A DNA stretch of 64,000 nucleotides, from the NCBI GenBank assembly GCA_002269645.1, contig NIVC01000922.1, forward strand, positions 124,001-188,000. Reading direction: 5' to 3'. Origin of the DNA: Macrostomum lignano (Eukaryota). Under the pieces are notes generated by a model. It did no database searches, was not told the origin of the DNA, and saw only the letters and a list, made by a program, of their open reading frames with translations. A program made the position numbers and the translations under genes. Of this stretch, positions 10,584-21,519 are shown one piece after another. Within the stretch, counting starts at the first letter, position 1, and every line of letters begins with the position of its first letter.

Positions 10584-12621
10584 TATTACGGTTTAGAAAC
10601 TCCGGGGCTCTGGTCAGTTTTGGGTCGCCGATCCGGAGACTGCAAACGGGCTGGGATCTCCGACCGGAGATCTTAAAGGGTTTAGGATCTCCTTCGGAGA
10701 ATACAAACGGTTAGGGATCTCCACGATCGGAGATCCGTAACCGTTGTGGGATCTCCGGGGCATGGTCAGGTCTCCCTATCCGGAGATCCAAAACCAGATT
10801 CTGTTATCCCCTCGGAGATTCTACACCGTTTGCCGATCTCCGTCACGAGTGCAATAACTAAGGTTTGGTTTAGGATCTCCGGTTACCGATCTCCCCATTT
10901 ACATAAAGTCCGAAATCGTAATCGTGCAACGAGTGTTGTTGTAGTTTCCTTCTCTTAACCGTTTAACAATTTTCATCGAAGCATAAAAGGTAGTAAAAAT
11001 CGCTAACAATGTCAGTCATTTTTTCCATTTCAAGACATTTTACATTCCGCACGATCGTAGTTTAACGTTTCACTGTAGCCAGTATATTTTGCAGCTGTGA
11101 TGCACCATACCAGGGCAGAAATACGAGCTAGAAACCTTTGATAAATACTCGTACGAGTGCCGTCAGTTCAGAGTCCCGCATGCGATTCTAATGAAAAACT
11201 GCAGATTCGCTCAACCATTGTACTTGTAGAAAGCACTTCTTGAGATGCCTGCCATTGACCCGTCTAGTGAGTCCTCCTAATCGATATACGTTGCGACCGA
11301 GGCACCTCGTCACGATGTAGACCTGCTGACCCCAGGTGTATCGCATCTTGCCACCCTTTCGATCATCCCTCCGCAGATTTCGAAGCCGAACTCTGTCTCC
11401 TCGCTTTAGCTCTTGAGCTCCAGCAGCCGAAACCAAGTGACGCTGTCGCATCTTTTCTTGAGCGATCTTGATTCTACGCGCAATTAGTTTTCGCGCTGCG
11501 GCTCGCTTCTTGTCCTTGTTGGCAAGCAATCGCCTGTTGATTTCCATCGGCTCCGGAACCGAAGCCAGTGCTGCGGCATGATCGCCTAGCAATGGCTCAA
11601 AGCCAAAGGCGGCTCTAAAGATAAATGGAGGCATATGAACTAACATTGTCTGCTACAGTATAGAAATATGCTTAATAAAATATACTTGATTCTCTATAAA
11701 CTTTATTACTTTCATATTTTACCTGCACGGCGAGAAGCCTGTCACCGAATGTCGGCGGCTGTTGTATGCGAGTTGAACATCATTCAGCATGGAATCCCAG
11801 TTAGTTGGTTCCTCAGAATCACACCGCTTTCTCAGTAGATTAATGCACGTTTGGTTGAGGCGCTCAGTTTGACCGTTTGTCTGGAGAAAATTAGTGATCT
11901 ACTCGTACTTAAAAAATGATGCACCACTGCTACATAATATCAGAAGCATAAAACATTACTGTTAAGGTTACCTGTGGGTGGTAAGCACCAAGCACCAGTA
12001 GATTAATGCACGATTTTTCACCATGTAATAACAATGCTCCATCGTGAATGCTAAAATTTCTGCTCTTTTCCCTGATGCGCCTCTTCAAATTGCTTTTCTC
12101 TCTCGAGTTCAAGTCGACAGGAATTTGTGCGTAGTCATGGTTCAGTACATAAAAGAATATTTGATTCAAAGTAGCCATTTGACAAGTAGAAAGTAAAGAT
12201 AACCGCAAACAGACAATTACTCACAATATGTTTTACTTCACTGCTTATATATGACAATCAAATCCCTCGACAAATGCACACAGACGAAAAATGATGCACA
12301 AGTCTGGCCAACCCTAAATTTAGCCCTCACAGGGCATGCAAATGTACGATGTACTAGATGGATGAACTCATCGAAAAAGTTGCGCAAGCTATAGGCTGCT
12401 CACGAGCTGGGCTTTCTAGAATCAGAGAAATGTAATTTATCTCTTATCTTCCAATTTTCTAAGATAATAATACTCCGGAGAGTCTAGCATGGCGGCGATC
12501 TGTAACCTTATCTTATGTCATGGTTCCTGATATCCGTGAGGGCGATTGTAAAATCGCGTAATTTTTTTGGTTGGATCGCCGGGCCGGAGATCCTTAACTC
12601 CGGAGAGCAGAAACCCTAACA
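10584..12621 (-). mobile_element. Ginger1-like DNA transposon (Gypsy-integrase-related), internally deleted, 2038 bp
   Basis: Flanked by CCGG direct repeats (10580-10583, 12622-12625). Imperfect TIRs TATTACGGTTT..CTCCGG / TGTTAGGGTTT..CTCCGG (15/22 match). Many subterminal GATCTCC/CTCCGG motifs. Contains a spliced integrase gene. Confidence 0.7.
11188..12178 (-). pseudogene. Spliced Ginger-type integrase/transposase with an in-frame internal deletion (~263 aa)
   Basis: Exons 12178-11972, 11880-11723 and 11614-11188 join in frame with GT-AG ends: ...KRRIREKSRNFSIHDGALL...AYHPQ|TNGQTERLNQT...WDSML..VQLAYN...TGFSPC R|AAFGFEP...GDRVRLRN..RKGGKM..W...VNGRHLK (GPY/F-like tail). HHCC finger and the first catalytic Asp residues are absent. 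Confidence 0.75.
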
Positions 12622-12932
12622 CCGGGCGCCCCAGCCAGACAGGACTGATAACGAGCGGGCTGGGGTGGGTGCGCGACAAAAGTTAATTTCAGGCTAGCAT
12701 AATATATGCGCGGCTTTCCTATTGGCCGGCGCGAAAACCAACTTGAAAACAGAAATTATCGATCGCATTGTACATTGGCTTTACGAACGCCACGCAATGT
12801 TGTTTAAAATTCTTTGGGCATTACTATAAGCAGACGTTAGAGTACGAGACCATCAAATTAACAATATTATAGAATGGCACTGCTTTCGCTAAAACGGCCC
12901 TCGTCGGGGCCACCTCAACTGACAACGTCACA

Positions 12933-14270
12933 GTGTAGGCTTATCTGCAACGCCACCAGGTCCACGCCCTTTGCCGGCATGGGGGCCTTCCTTAATCTAC
13001 CGCCTCTCGACCTCTTCGTCAGGGGTAAGGCGGCTAGAACGACGCGGCGTTTACTTGATGCCGGTGTCAAATTCCTTTACATGAGGGCACCTGCTAAGCG
13101 GAACCTCGTCCCACATAGCGACCTGTGCCCCAACATTCTCAACGAGTGTCAGGCCAATCGCGTCTTCACCGATGGCATTGCCTCAACGCTCAACCTGAGA
13201 CAACGCTACTCCGTAGCTATCGACTCGCGCGATACCATCAATGACCAATGGAACCATGGTGAGCTTCACCGACGGTTCTAAGCAGTCAGCCAACACCGGT
13301 TTTGGTGTTGGAATCTTCCTGAACGGGAGGGTCATCGCAACCCACGCTCAGTACACTGGGGTCAACTCCAGTGTCTTCCAAAATGAAGTTCTCGCCATCA
13401 GCTCCTGCATTGCAGAGCTTCTCGCCACTGGCGTATCCGGTAAGAACATCATTTTCCATTCGGACAGCCAAGCTGCCTTGCACGCCATCAGTGGCTGTAG
13501 TACCAATTCTGCTACAGTCCTCTACTGTATCAAACTCCTCAACGTGTTGGGCTCCACCAACAAAATCACCCTTAAGTGGGTTCCGGGGCATGTGGGGATC
13601 CGATGGAATGAGTTGGCTGACGCCCTTGCAAAAGTTGGCGCCTCCGGCTCCTCTCTCGGTCCCGAACCTCTTGTCCCAATTCCTGGCTGTGTCATTGACT
13701 CGCGCATCAAAGCGTGGATCAGGACCCAGCACCGCTCGGCTTGAGCGAACTGCACTACCTGCAGGCAATCCAGAGGCGCTGTCCCTCAGCCCTCTCACCA
13801 GCTCCGGAAGCTCCTCTTGCGCCTCTCGCGCAGAGACATCCGGGCTGCCACCATGACCCTCTCAGATCACGGCTGCTTCTCTAGGCACCAGTACCTGCAG
13901 GGCAACGCCATCAACGCCATCTGCAGTTTCTGTAACTCAGGTGACGAAACCGCTGAGCATTTCGTCAGCATCTGTCCCGCCTTTACGCGAGCCAGACTCA
14001 CTTACCTCGGGCCACACACATCTATTACTGAAGCGTGCAAACCCGAAAACTTTCATCAGCTCATGCGCTACCTCCAGGCCACCCGTAGGGCTGAACTCTC
14101 CTTTCCAGAGAGCACTATAGCTGCTGGCGACACTGGGTGACCTCCCTGGGCGGCGCCAACCCTTAGTCCATAGCGACGCGTCGGCCATTCAGGGATTAGC
14201 GGAATGGGCGCTCGCGCCTTCCCGCTGTGTCCCCCCGGGACAGCCCTGCAGCTAAGTCAAGTAAGTCATG
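12933..14270 (+). mobile_element. LINE fragment 3: RNase H, C-terminal CCHC finger and 3' end
   Basis: FTDGSK...SVFQNEVLAI...SDSQAAL...LKWVPGHVGIRWNELADALAK (RNase H) and CSFCNSGDETAEHFVSICP; frameshifts near 13260 and 13745; stop at 14138-14140; TAAGTCAAGTAAGTC-like tail at ~14252-14268. Confidence 0.85.
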
Positions 14271-14769
14271 TACCGCTACGTCAACTACTACGTCTAGTAG
14301 ACAACTACTACGTCGCAAGTAACTATGTTGAAATATGGCTTAATGCATCAGCTATTGTGAGTGACAATCCATGTGGTACTCAATACTTGAAAGCATTGGC
14401 TATAATGGACATGGAGGCAGCAGTATACCAAAGCCCAGAGTGAGAAATTAAGTCAAAAAACTTTTAGATATCATTCTGATGCTACTACGACATTTCGTTC
14501 GTAAAAGCAATTATCATCATCAACGCCCTAAAAATGTCGAAAAAACGCCCAAGATTCATGAATGATTAAGAAAATGTTGTATCACTGTCGATAATTATAT
14601 GGGCTCCGTAGAAAAATACACAAAATACTACTCACACAAGAACACTCCAGCTATATTGTTCCAGCCAATAAAAAGAAAAAACTAACACAGAGACTCTCAT
14701 TTCATTTTTCATTGTGGGAGAAACCAGAGTTCATAGAGCATAGCACCGATTGGTTGAGTAGCAAACGGT

Positions 14770-15381
14770 TCAATAACTTCCGCCCTTGTTCCAACGCTGT
14801 CCGCTCCTGTTCCAGCGCTGTCCACCTTTGTTCCAGCGCTGTCCGCCCTTGTTCCAGCGCTGTCCGCCCTTGTTCCACTGTCTGCCCTTGTTCCAGCGCT
14901 GTCCGCCCTTGTTCCAGCGCTGTCCGCCCTTGTTCCAGCGCTGTCCGCCCTTGTTCCAGCGCTGTCCACCCTTGTTCCACTGTCCGCCCTTGTTCCAGCG
15001 CTGTCCGCCCTTGTTCCAGCGCTGTCCGCCCTTGTTCCACTGTCCGCCCTTGTTCCAACGCTGTCCGCTCTTGTTCCAGCGCTGTCCACCTTTGTTCCAA
15101 CGTTGTCCGCCCTTGTTCCAGCGCTGTCCACCTTTGTTCCAACGTTGTCCGCCCTTGTTCCAGCGCTGTCCGCCCTTGTTCCAGCGCTGTCCGCCCTTGT
15201 TCCACTGTCCGCCCTTGTTCCACTGTCCGCCCTTGTTCCAGCGCTGTCCGCCCTTGTGCTTTCTGCTCCAGTCGATGGCTCTGACGCCGGAGCTATCAGG
15301 CAGATTGGCGGCCGCGATGGCGCACAAAAGCGCCGCAGAGGCCGCCAGAAGAAGAAGATGCCTCGAAGACTTTATCGGCAT
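14770..15381 (-). CDS. Secreted tandem-repeat protein or peptide precursor, 203 aa: signal peptide + 23 x K-G-G-Q-(R)-W-N
   Basis: ATG start, hydrophobic N-terminus (LLLLAASAALLCAIAAA), 18 heptamer + 5 hexamer units, TGA stop. Much unit variation is synonymous in this frame (AAG/AAA, GGC/GGT, CAG/CAA, CGC/CGT) and indels are 3 nt. Confidence 0.8.
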   Translation of the reverse strand: MPIKSSRHLLLLAASAALLCAIAAANLPDSSGVRAIDWSRKHKGGQRWNKGGQWNKGGQWNKGGQRWNKGGQRWNKGGQRWNKGGQRWNKGGQRWNKGGQRWNKSGQRWNKGGQWNKGGQRWNKGGQRWNKGGQWNKGGQRWNKGGQRWNKGGQRWNKGGQRWNKGRQWNKGGQRWNKGGQRWNKGGQRWNRSGQRWNKGGSY

Positions 15382-16064
15382 TCTGTTTGCTTGAAGCAGA
15401 TACCTTGGTCAGTTAGCAAAAATGTTTACCTGTCTGAGTGCAATATACATCGGTTATTTATGCTGAATTTGAAGAGGCACACGATAGATTGATTACACAA
15501 ACGCACCTGCGACAGAGCGTTGATGACAGGTGAGTATTCAGATGCGTTGAGACAGTCTCAAATTGACAGGATCGTTTTGCCGCGGAATTAGACGCGTTCA
15601 ACCAGATTCAAACGGTGTATTGCTTTGGCAGTCTGAGAGCGTTGCTCAACTCGGTTCTGATAAAATTCTCCAAGCTGTACCCTTCATGCTCAAGAAGACA
15701 CTGCCGGCAGAAACCGCTGCAAGTCGTCATTAAGTCGCCAGTGACCGCTCTTAGCGCTCATTCGGAGCAGGTACAATTTTACAGATGAATTGTAAACAAA
15801 AAACTGCGAATGTGCTTACTACATACTAGATAACAAAGAATATGCACTCTTATTAGCCTAGAGTGTACGGCCTCTGACACGATTCTTATTTGTTGAGAGA
15901 TAGTGCGCACAATTTACTAGCAATAATACAGGCCCTAATTTCCTTTTTATTTGTGCTTTTTATTGTACCGCAATTACATTTAGCATTGTGCAATAGAATT
16001 AACACTAGCAACTCATCTACTGTTTGCAGGATCTTCTTACTGCTAATGCGGAAATATATATATC

Positions 16065-16260
16065 AGTCGCGCAAGGCCGAAGGGTCGGGGGTTCGATTCT
16101 CGACCCACTCGGAACAATTCGTGTCCTTGGGCAAGACACTTAGCTCTGAATTGCTTCAGATCACCTGGGTACCAGCATTTATAGCTGGGGTGAATGAGGG
16201 TGTGTGTTTAGACCCCCCAGCCTTCAGATGTGCCGCGCAATCAATTATAATTATAATATT
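16065..16260 (+). mobile_element. tRNA-derived CORE-like SINE, copy 2 (internally shorter)
   Basis: GGTTCGATTCTCGACCCACT...TCCTTGGGCAAGACACTTAGCTCTG...AGCTGGGGTGAATGAGGGTGTGT, homologous to 1795-2055. Confidence 0.7.
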
Positions 16261-16487
16261 ATTGTTATATGTACTACGAGTCTCATCATACCCAATTTGC
16301 ATACTCAGACAGGATGTAAAAGCTTGGGTATCAAAACAAACTTCACGTTCAAACGTATTTCAGTAAATAAAACTAAGCTTTTAAAAAAACAACTTAATGT
16401 TCTGTCTTCAGTGCGGTCAATCAATTATTTTAAAACGATTGGCAAGCAAAGAAAAGCAACCATACTCGTTCTCAAGCCTTCTCTGTC

Positions 16488-17312
16488 TCAAGCGTTCTCA
16501 GTCTCAAGCGTTGGACTGCACTTGTTTTCCCGATGGAGCAATACGCCACCAATGTAACAGCGCAGCAGATGTATGCCCCACCAGACTGCGTGCACCAGAG
16601 GCATCCCGATGAGAATTAAGCCGAACACAACACCAGTTGTCAGTCCCGGGTTGTTCCAGTCCAAATATAGATAGATTACATTGTTACGATCCGATAGCCA
16701 GTAGAATACGCTGAACAAAACGTAAACCACTGCGTAACAAACGGCGTAGATAATATTCACGAAGCGAACCGGAACGCCGCCAAAGAAGGCTTCAATGAAC
16801 ATAAACACAGAGTTAATGCCGTGCTCCAACAGATCTAAGGCGGCAATTGGAGACGAGTTTTCGTACAGCAGAGAGAAGTAAGCTACAGTGACGAGCAGAG
16901 CAGCATCCGTGGCGATCGTGTGCAGCAGCCACTGAAGCCGGAAGCCCGACTGTCTAGCCACCGAATCTAGAGCTCTCTTCAATTCGGACCGTTTGCGGAC
17001 AGCTTTCAATTGGTCGGCAGTTTTATAGCCACAGTCAGTTAAACTGAAAGATTCTCCAGCAGCGATGCTGCAACACCCTGACGAGCACACGCACAATAAG
17101 ATTGTGTTCACCAGAGCACAAGTAAAGTACAGAGTCATCATAAGGTAGCTCCAGATCGTCAGGTAGGCCAGGTAGAAATAGGAAGTGCTTGAGCTTGAGC
17201 TTGCAGTAGGAGAATGAGAACTTGTAGCTGTTTCTGTGCTGGTGCTTGACGAATCTTTGTTGCTAGATTGGACAGACACATAAATGAAAACCGAGATGCA
17301 GGTGCCTCCCAT
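16488..17312 (-). CDS. Rolling stone-like (FAR-17a/AIG1-type) multi-pass membrane protein, 274 aa, single exon
   Basis: About six hydrophobic segments; YLTIW, HTIA, EHGINSVF..IE, VPVRF and IYLYLDW..PG motifs characteristic of rolling stone-like proteins. Confidence 0.75.
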   Translation of the reverse strand: MGGTCISVFIYVSVQSSNKDSSSTSTETATSSHSPTASSSSSTSYFYLAYLTIWSYLMMTLYFTCALVNTILLCVCSSGCCSIAAGESFSLTDCGYKTADQLKAVRKRSELKRALDSVARQSGFRLQWLLHTIATDAALLVTVAYFSLLYENSSPIAALDLLEHGINSVFMFIEAFFGGVPVRFVNIIYAVCYAVVYVLFSVFYWLSDRNNVIYLYLDWNNPGLTTGVVFGLILIGMPLVHAVWWGIHLLRCYIGGVLLHRENKCSPTLETENA

Positions 17313-18344
17313 GAGACAGCGCAGAAGCAGAAGTAGCCAGTTCGGGATCCACTGTGGGTTAGCCGCGAGTGTTGGTTATTGTTAGCTGGTATACTTAAAA
17401 GACAACACGTGGTCGTTTAATTTTAAGGTCCTGTGACTGGAACAACTAGCATAGTGATATTCTTTAGCAACAGAAGGCCTTACCTGTGAGTTGACGAAGA
17501 ATTCATAGTATTTGTATTTTAGACTCAGGTTCTTTTTGATGTCTCGCTCCTTTCTTAGCGCCCGCTTCACTGCTAGACAACCACCTGATGATGGACTGCC
17601 ACGCGTACGAGTATTTGCGGACTCAATTGAATAGCTTGAAGTACTGTCTGGCATGTTTCAGCCTGAAATCGTGTACTCAAAAAATGAATAACTCTTACAA
17701 TAGCCTTTTATTTGCTTCTCTTCTTACGGTTAGCTGCCGTGGTGGAAAGATTTGAGAAGGCCTCAACTTGGGATGCGCAATTTCAACTTGTTTTTTACGT
17801 ACAGCAATTGCATACGGCTATGGGACTCTGCTTGTACTCTGTTTTTTGTCAAAATAATCGAGCCATTCTGAGTAGAGGTACCGAGACAAAAGGGGAGGCA
17901 GTGAAATGTACTGAATAGAAAGATGCCGAACGAGAAGAGATGAGCAAGTGAAGAGATGAGCAAGCTTATACAGTGTCGCTTTTAGACATACATATGGAAG
18001 AATGGAGTGATTATGGACTGTGCAAGGCCGCATGCATGGAGAGAATTAAAAAATTAAGCAGTTCTAACATTATCCAAATCTAGTTAACCATGGTTTAAGG
18101 CACATGCAGGGACTACTATACTAAATACTCGGGGACGGAAAACGAGCGATTCATGCAGATTTTGATGGGAGGCCAATTTTATAAGTTCTCTACGGACCGC
18201 AATTGTGTCGTCAAATCACTTTATTCGCAGAATTTATGATTATTTATCCCTCTAGCTATCATATAGTATCACTACACGCCTACCGTACAAAATGCCTCCT
18301 TTCGTATTAGGGAAAACCGGATCCGGTTGGTTATGATGGGTCCA

Positions 18345-18570
18345 AGAAGGGGTGGGTTTCATAAACGCGAAGCTTCACAACCGCGAAACTTCACAACCGC
18401 TAATTTTTGCATTCACTTTCATAAACACGAAACTTCACAAACGCGAAACTTCACAAACGCGAAACTTTACAACCGCTAATTTTTGCTTTCACTTTCAAAA
18501 ATGCGAAACTTGATCAACGCGAAACTTCAAAAACACGAAACTTCACTTCCCAACCGCAAAGTGTTTTTTA
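18345..18570 (+). repeat. Cluster of short CGCGAAACTTCACAA-type direct repeats
   Basis: About ten imperfect copies of (A)CGCGAAACTTCAC plus two copies of CCGCTAATTTTTGC..TCACTTTCA; resembles a DNA-transposon subterminal array. Confidence 0.6.
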
Positions 18571-19842
18571 CTCACTCTCAAATACACAATTCAACACGTA
18601 CATCACAACTCAGAGCAACTGAAGTAACCCACGAGAAATGTCCCATATCTAGCCCATCTGATATTGTCAACCTCTACCCAGCTCTCATAGATATCTGTGT
18701 GATGTGTTGTACTTATTGTCGACATGTTGTGAAGCACGAATAACTTTACTATACGCCTCCTGTGTTTTCAATCTGTACGAAAGGCAATGAATGAACTTTA
18801 TTTAGTTTCTGTATTGCTCACTGTTATTTCCAATATGTACTCATTCAAATAGAAGCTAATGGCGAATTCAGAAAAATACGTTCGAGTGTGGAACAAACCT
18901 TTTAATTCAGGGTAGCTATACGAGCTCCCTGATGGAGGCTGAATGAAGGAGGCTCACCTATTGGAAGCTCAGTGATCCTTGTTGCTGATGGCGCTTGTCC
19001 TGTTGATCAAACTTGGCTAGCAGATCAATGCTAACAATTTGGCGGCAAATAAAGCGCGGGTTGTGCCTATTGTACTCTGGCGATAGTTTATCTGGTGTTC
19101 GAGAATTTAGTAGGCGGATCAGTTGAAATGTATTCAATTTCTCATGCTGAAATCTGGTTGGGACCCTCTGGCGAATAAAGACCCAGATCTCAATGTCTAG
19201 GGTCGCCATGCTGGGGGTCAACAAAAATCAACAAGTTGAGGGCTTCAAGTGGCTGGGGGAGGATGTGCAATGCATCCCGACTCGTCAGCTTGCAGACTCC
19301 AAGAAGGAAAAATATAGATGAGTGGGCCGATGATTGCGTAATGCAACACAATCGTGTACATGACTAAATTCTCTCGGTTAGCTTTTTTTGAGAACCACGG
19401 TGTTGTTAGCAGTCATTTTTGGCGTCAAAGGCGCTATATTTTGGCGCCCTGAAGCAAAAGTATTGATTTCCACAACGGTCACAAGGTGGGGACGTGGGAG
19501 GACAAAACGTTGTCATGTCCCCCATAGATTTGCACCCAGTTTTATGACGCCCCTGACACGCACAATGAGATTGTGTTCACTAGAGCGCAAGTGACGTATA
19601 GTTGTGAAAAAGCTTTCGTGAGCTCCTGTATAGGAAGATGATTATAACTTTCGGGAATCCTTGAAATCAAGAATATTCAAATACTTTCTTGTAACATGAT
19701 CAATACATTGCATGTAACTCTTACCTGTGAATCGATAAAAAACTCATCGTATTCGTGATTTAGTGATTGTTTCTTTTATGTCGCGATCCTTTATCTAAGT
19801 GCGCATCTTACTGTTAGACAACCGCTGGACAATTTCTTGTTA

Positions 19843-20495
19843 CACTCAGCAACATTGAAAAGTGTCCACGTCTGCACAAAAGGCTACACTAGCTGAACGA
19901 TTAGGGATTGAAAAGTTTTTCAACTATGTTTGGGCCATAGACAATCAAAATAAGGCAACAAAGAATGAACAGCGAAACAAGTCCATGCCCATTTCCACGC
20001 TGTGTACGTGTCTAAAGCACAGTCAGTAACAGGTATAGATAGCAACCACGAGCGTCCAACAGACCGCTCACTCGTCGAGGCATTCCCGAACAAGGCGCCG
20101 CAGAAAGTCTTGTGGAAGCTGTTGCCACGCGACTGAAAGCGCATTGCGCAGCTGGACCATGTTCTGGGGGGATAGAGATTGTTGCACCGAATCGTGCGCT
20201 TCAGGAAATCCCACACGTGCTCAATCGGGTTCATATCCGGTGATCTGGACGGCCAACGCAAAGTGGGCCAAACAGTCATTTGGCGGACTATCGTTGTCGC
20301 CTGCATCCAGATGCCTTCAGTAAACTCCTGTACACTCGTTAATTACTGTAACGCTTTTCCCTGTGACATCGGTCTTTACTTTCCTGCCCCTTTTTGCTCA
20401 TTTGTCTATGGCCCAAAACCAATTGGCGAAACCATCGATCGTGCTGCCCATGGACCTTTGGCGCAAGGGTGGACACTTTTAAATGTTGCTGAGTG
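19843..20495 (-). mobile_element. Tc1/mariner internal-deletion derivative, 653 bp
   Basis: TIR CACTCAGCAACATT(G/T)AAAAGTGTCCAC at both ends; TA TSD (19841-19842, 20496-20497); transposase remnant WPSRSPDMNPIEHVWDFLKR on the minus strand. Confidence 0.9.
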
Positions 20496-21410
20496 TATTT
20501 TTAGCACTCTGTCTGAACTAAAGCACACTTGACGAATCGATATCAAGTATAGAACCTCTGACTTTCTCATTGTCCATAAGACACAGCCTAGCGTAATGAC
20601 AAACTCAACTGGCCATTATTTCAGCTTTAGCAGGCGTTTGAACCAATAGACGATTAGGTAACTATGCATTTATTAACTGACATAAGGGGTTAATAATCGC
20701 AAACAGTCTACATGGCATTCTGGAATACGCTGAAAAAAGGATAGTCAAGACATTTTAGCCACCAAACAATGGAAAACGCGCACATTAAGCACAAAAACAA
20801 TACAGTAGTCATAGACTGTTCATCAGAAGTTGCTCATCAAAACTGAAACGTGCAATCCTTGAAGTGGCAGTTCTCGAAGAAGCGAATTGCGCGTTCCGAA
20901 TCCATCCGACCTGCATATTAATGGACGTTGTAAAAAATTCAGTTTCTATATAGCCATTAGTATAGCCACTAACTTACTTACAACAATGTTGACATATTAT
21001 GCTTACCATGCTTCACCCGTATCTCCTGTGTCATCTCCACTGAAGCATAGGTCTCACGGTTCGTTTAGTCTTCGACAAGAAGATTTTTCCAATTAATAAG
21101 CGGGACTGTTTGACGAGATGTTCCAGCCATAGTTGTTTGACAAGACAAAGTATAGCTTTCACTCGTATACTACCCGCTTTCCTGATTTCTTGCAAGACGC
21201 AAGCGAAATCATGCACTCATCACAGTTTTGTCTATGGTCAAACTAAGACAAACATCTCAGTCGTCTACAGGTAAAATAACTCTCAAAACAGCGAATTGAA
21301 GCGTGATATAAAAGTGTGAAATAATGACCGCTTCCGGCACGCTGAAATAATGGCCGCCAGACTACGCTATGCTGAAATAATGGCCTCTGTGTGTCTTATA
21401 GACAATTACG

Positions 21411-21519
21411 TTGCGTAGTAGGTAAGGGGCTGAAATAATTGCCATAGACACTCGTGCGCTACGCGCACTCGTGCACTCGTGTTTGGCCATTATTTCAGTC
21501 CCTTATACCTACTACGCAA
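21411..21519. repeat. Palindromic hairpin / MITE-like sequence
   Basis: Arms TTGCGTAGTAGGTA(TA)AGGG.CTGAAATAAT.GCCA are inverted around a CACTCGTG-rich loop. Extra GCTGAAATAATGGCC copies at 21341 and 21371, and an inverted copy near 20612. Confidence 0.65.

Larger units (their letters stand above)
10101..12932 (-). mobile_element. Probable solo LTR (~790 bp after removing the inner insert) interrupted by a Ginger-like element
   Basis: Termini TGTGACG...CGTCACA with 4-bp TSD GTGT (10097-10100, 12933-12936). The outer parts 10101-10583 and 12626-12932 are non-coding. Minus-strand AATAAA at 10222-10227; CCAAT box and E2F-like TTTCGCGC near 12720-12740. Confidence 0.6.

Noticed and set aside
10101-12932. 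A single 2.8-kb Ginger element with 7-bp TIRs
   Set aside because: Inner imperfect TIRs flanked by a CCGG duplication fit better with a Ginger inside a solo LTR. Not fully excluded.
14702-15492. Alternative-frame ORFs over the KGGQRWN array (LEQGRTA, DSAGTRA, CSSAVRP, FQRCPPL, SALVPAL repeats)
   Set aside because: They are shadow frames of a 21/18-bp repeat. Only the 14770-15381 frame combines an ATG, a signal-like N-terminus and synonymous variation.
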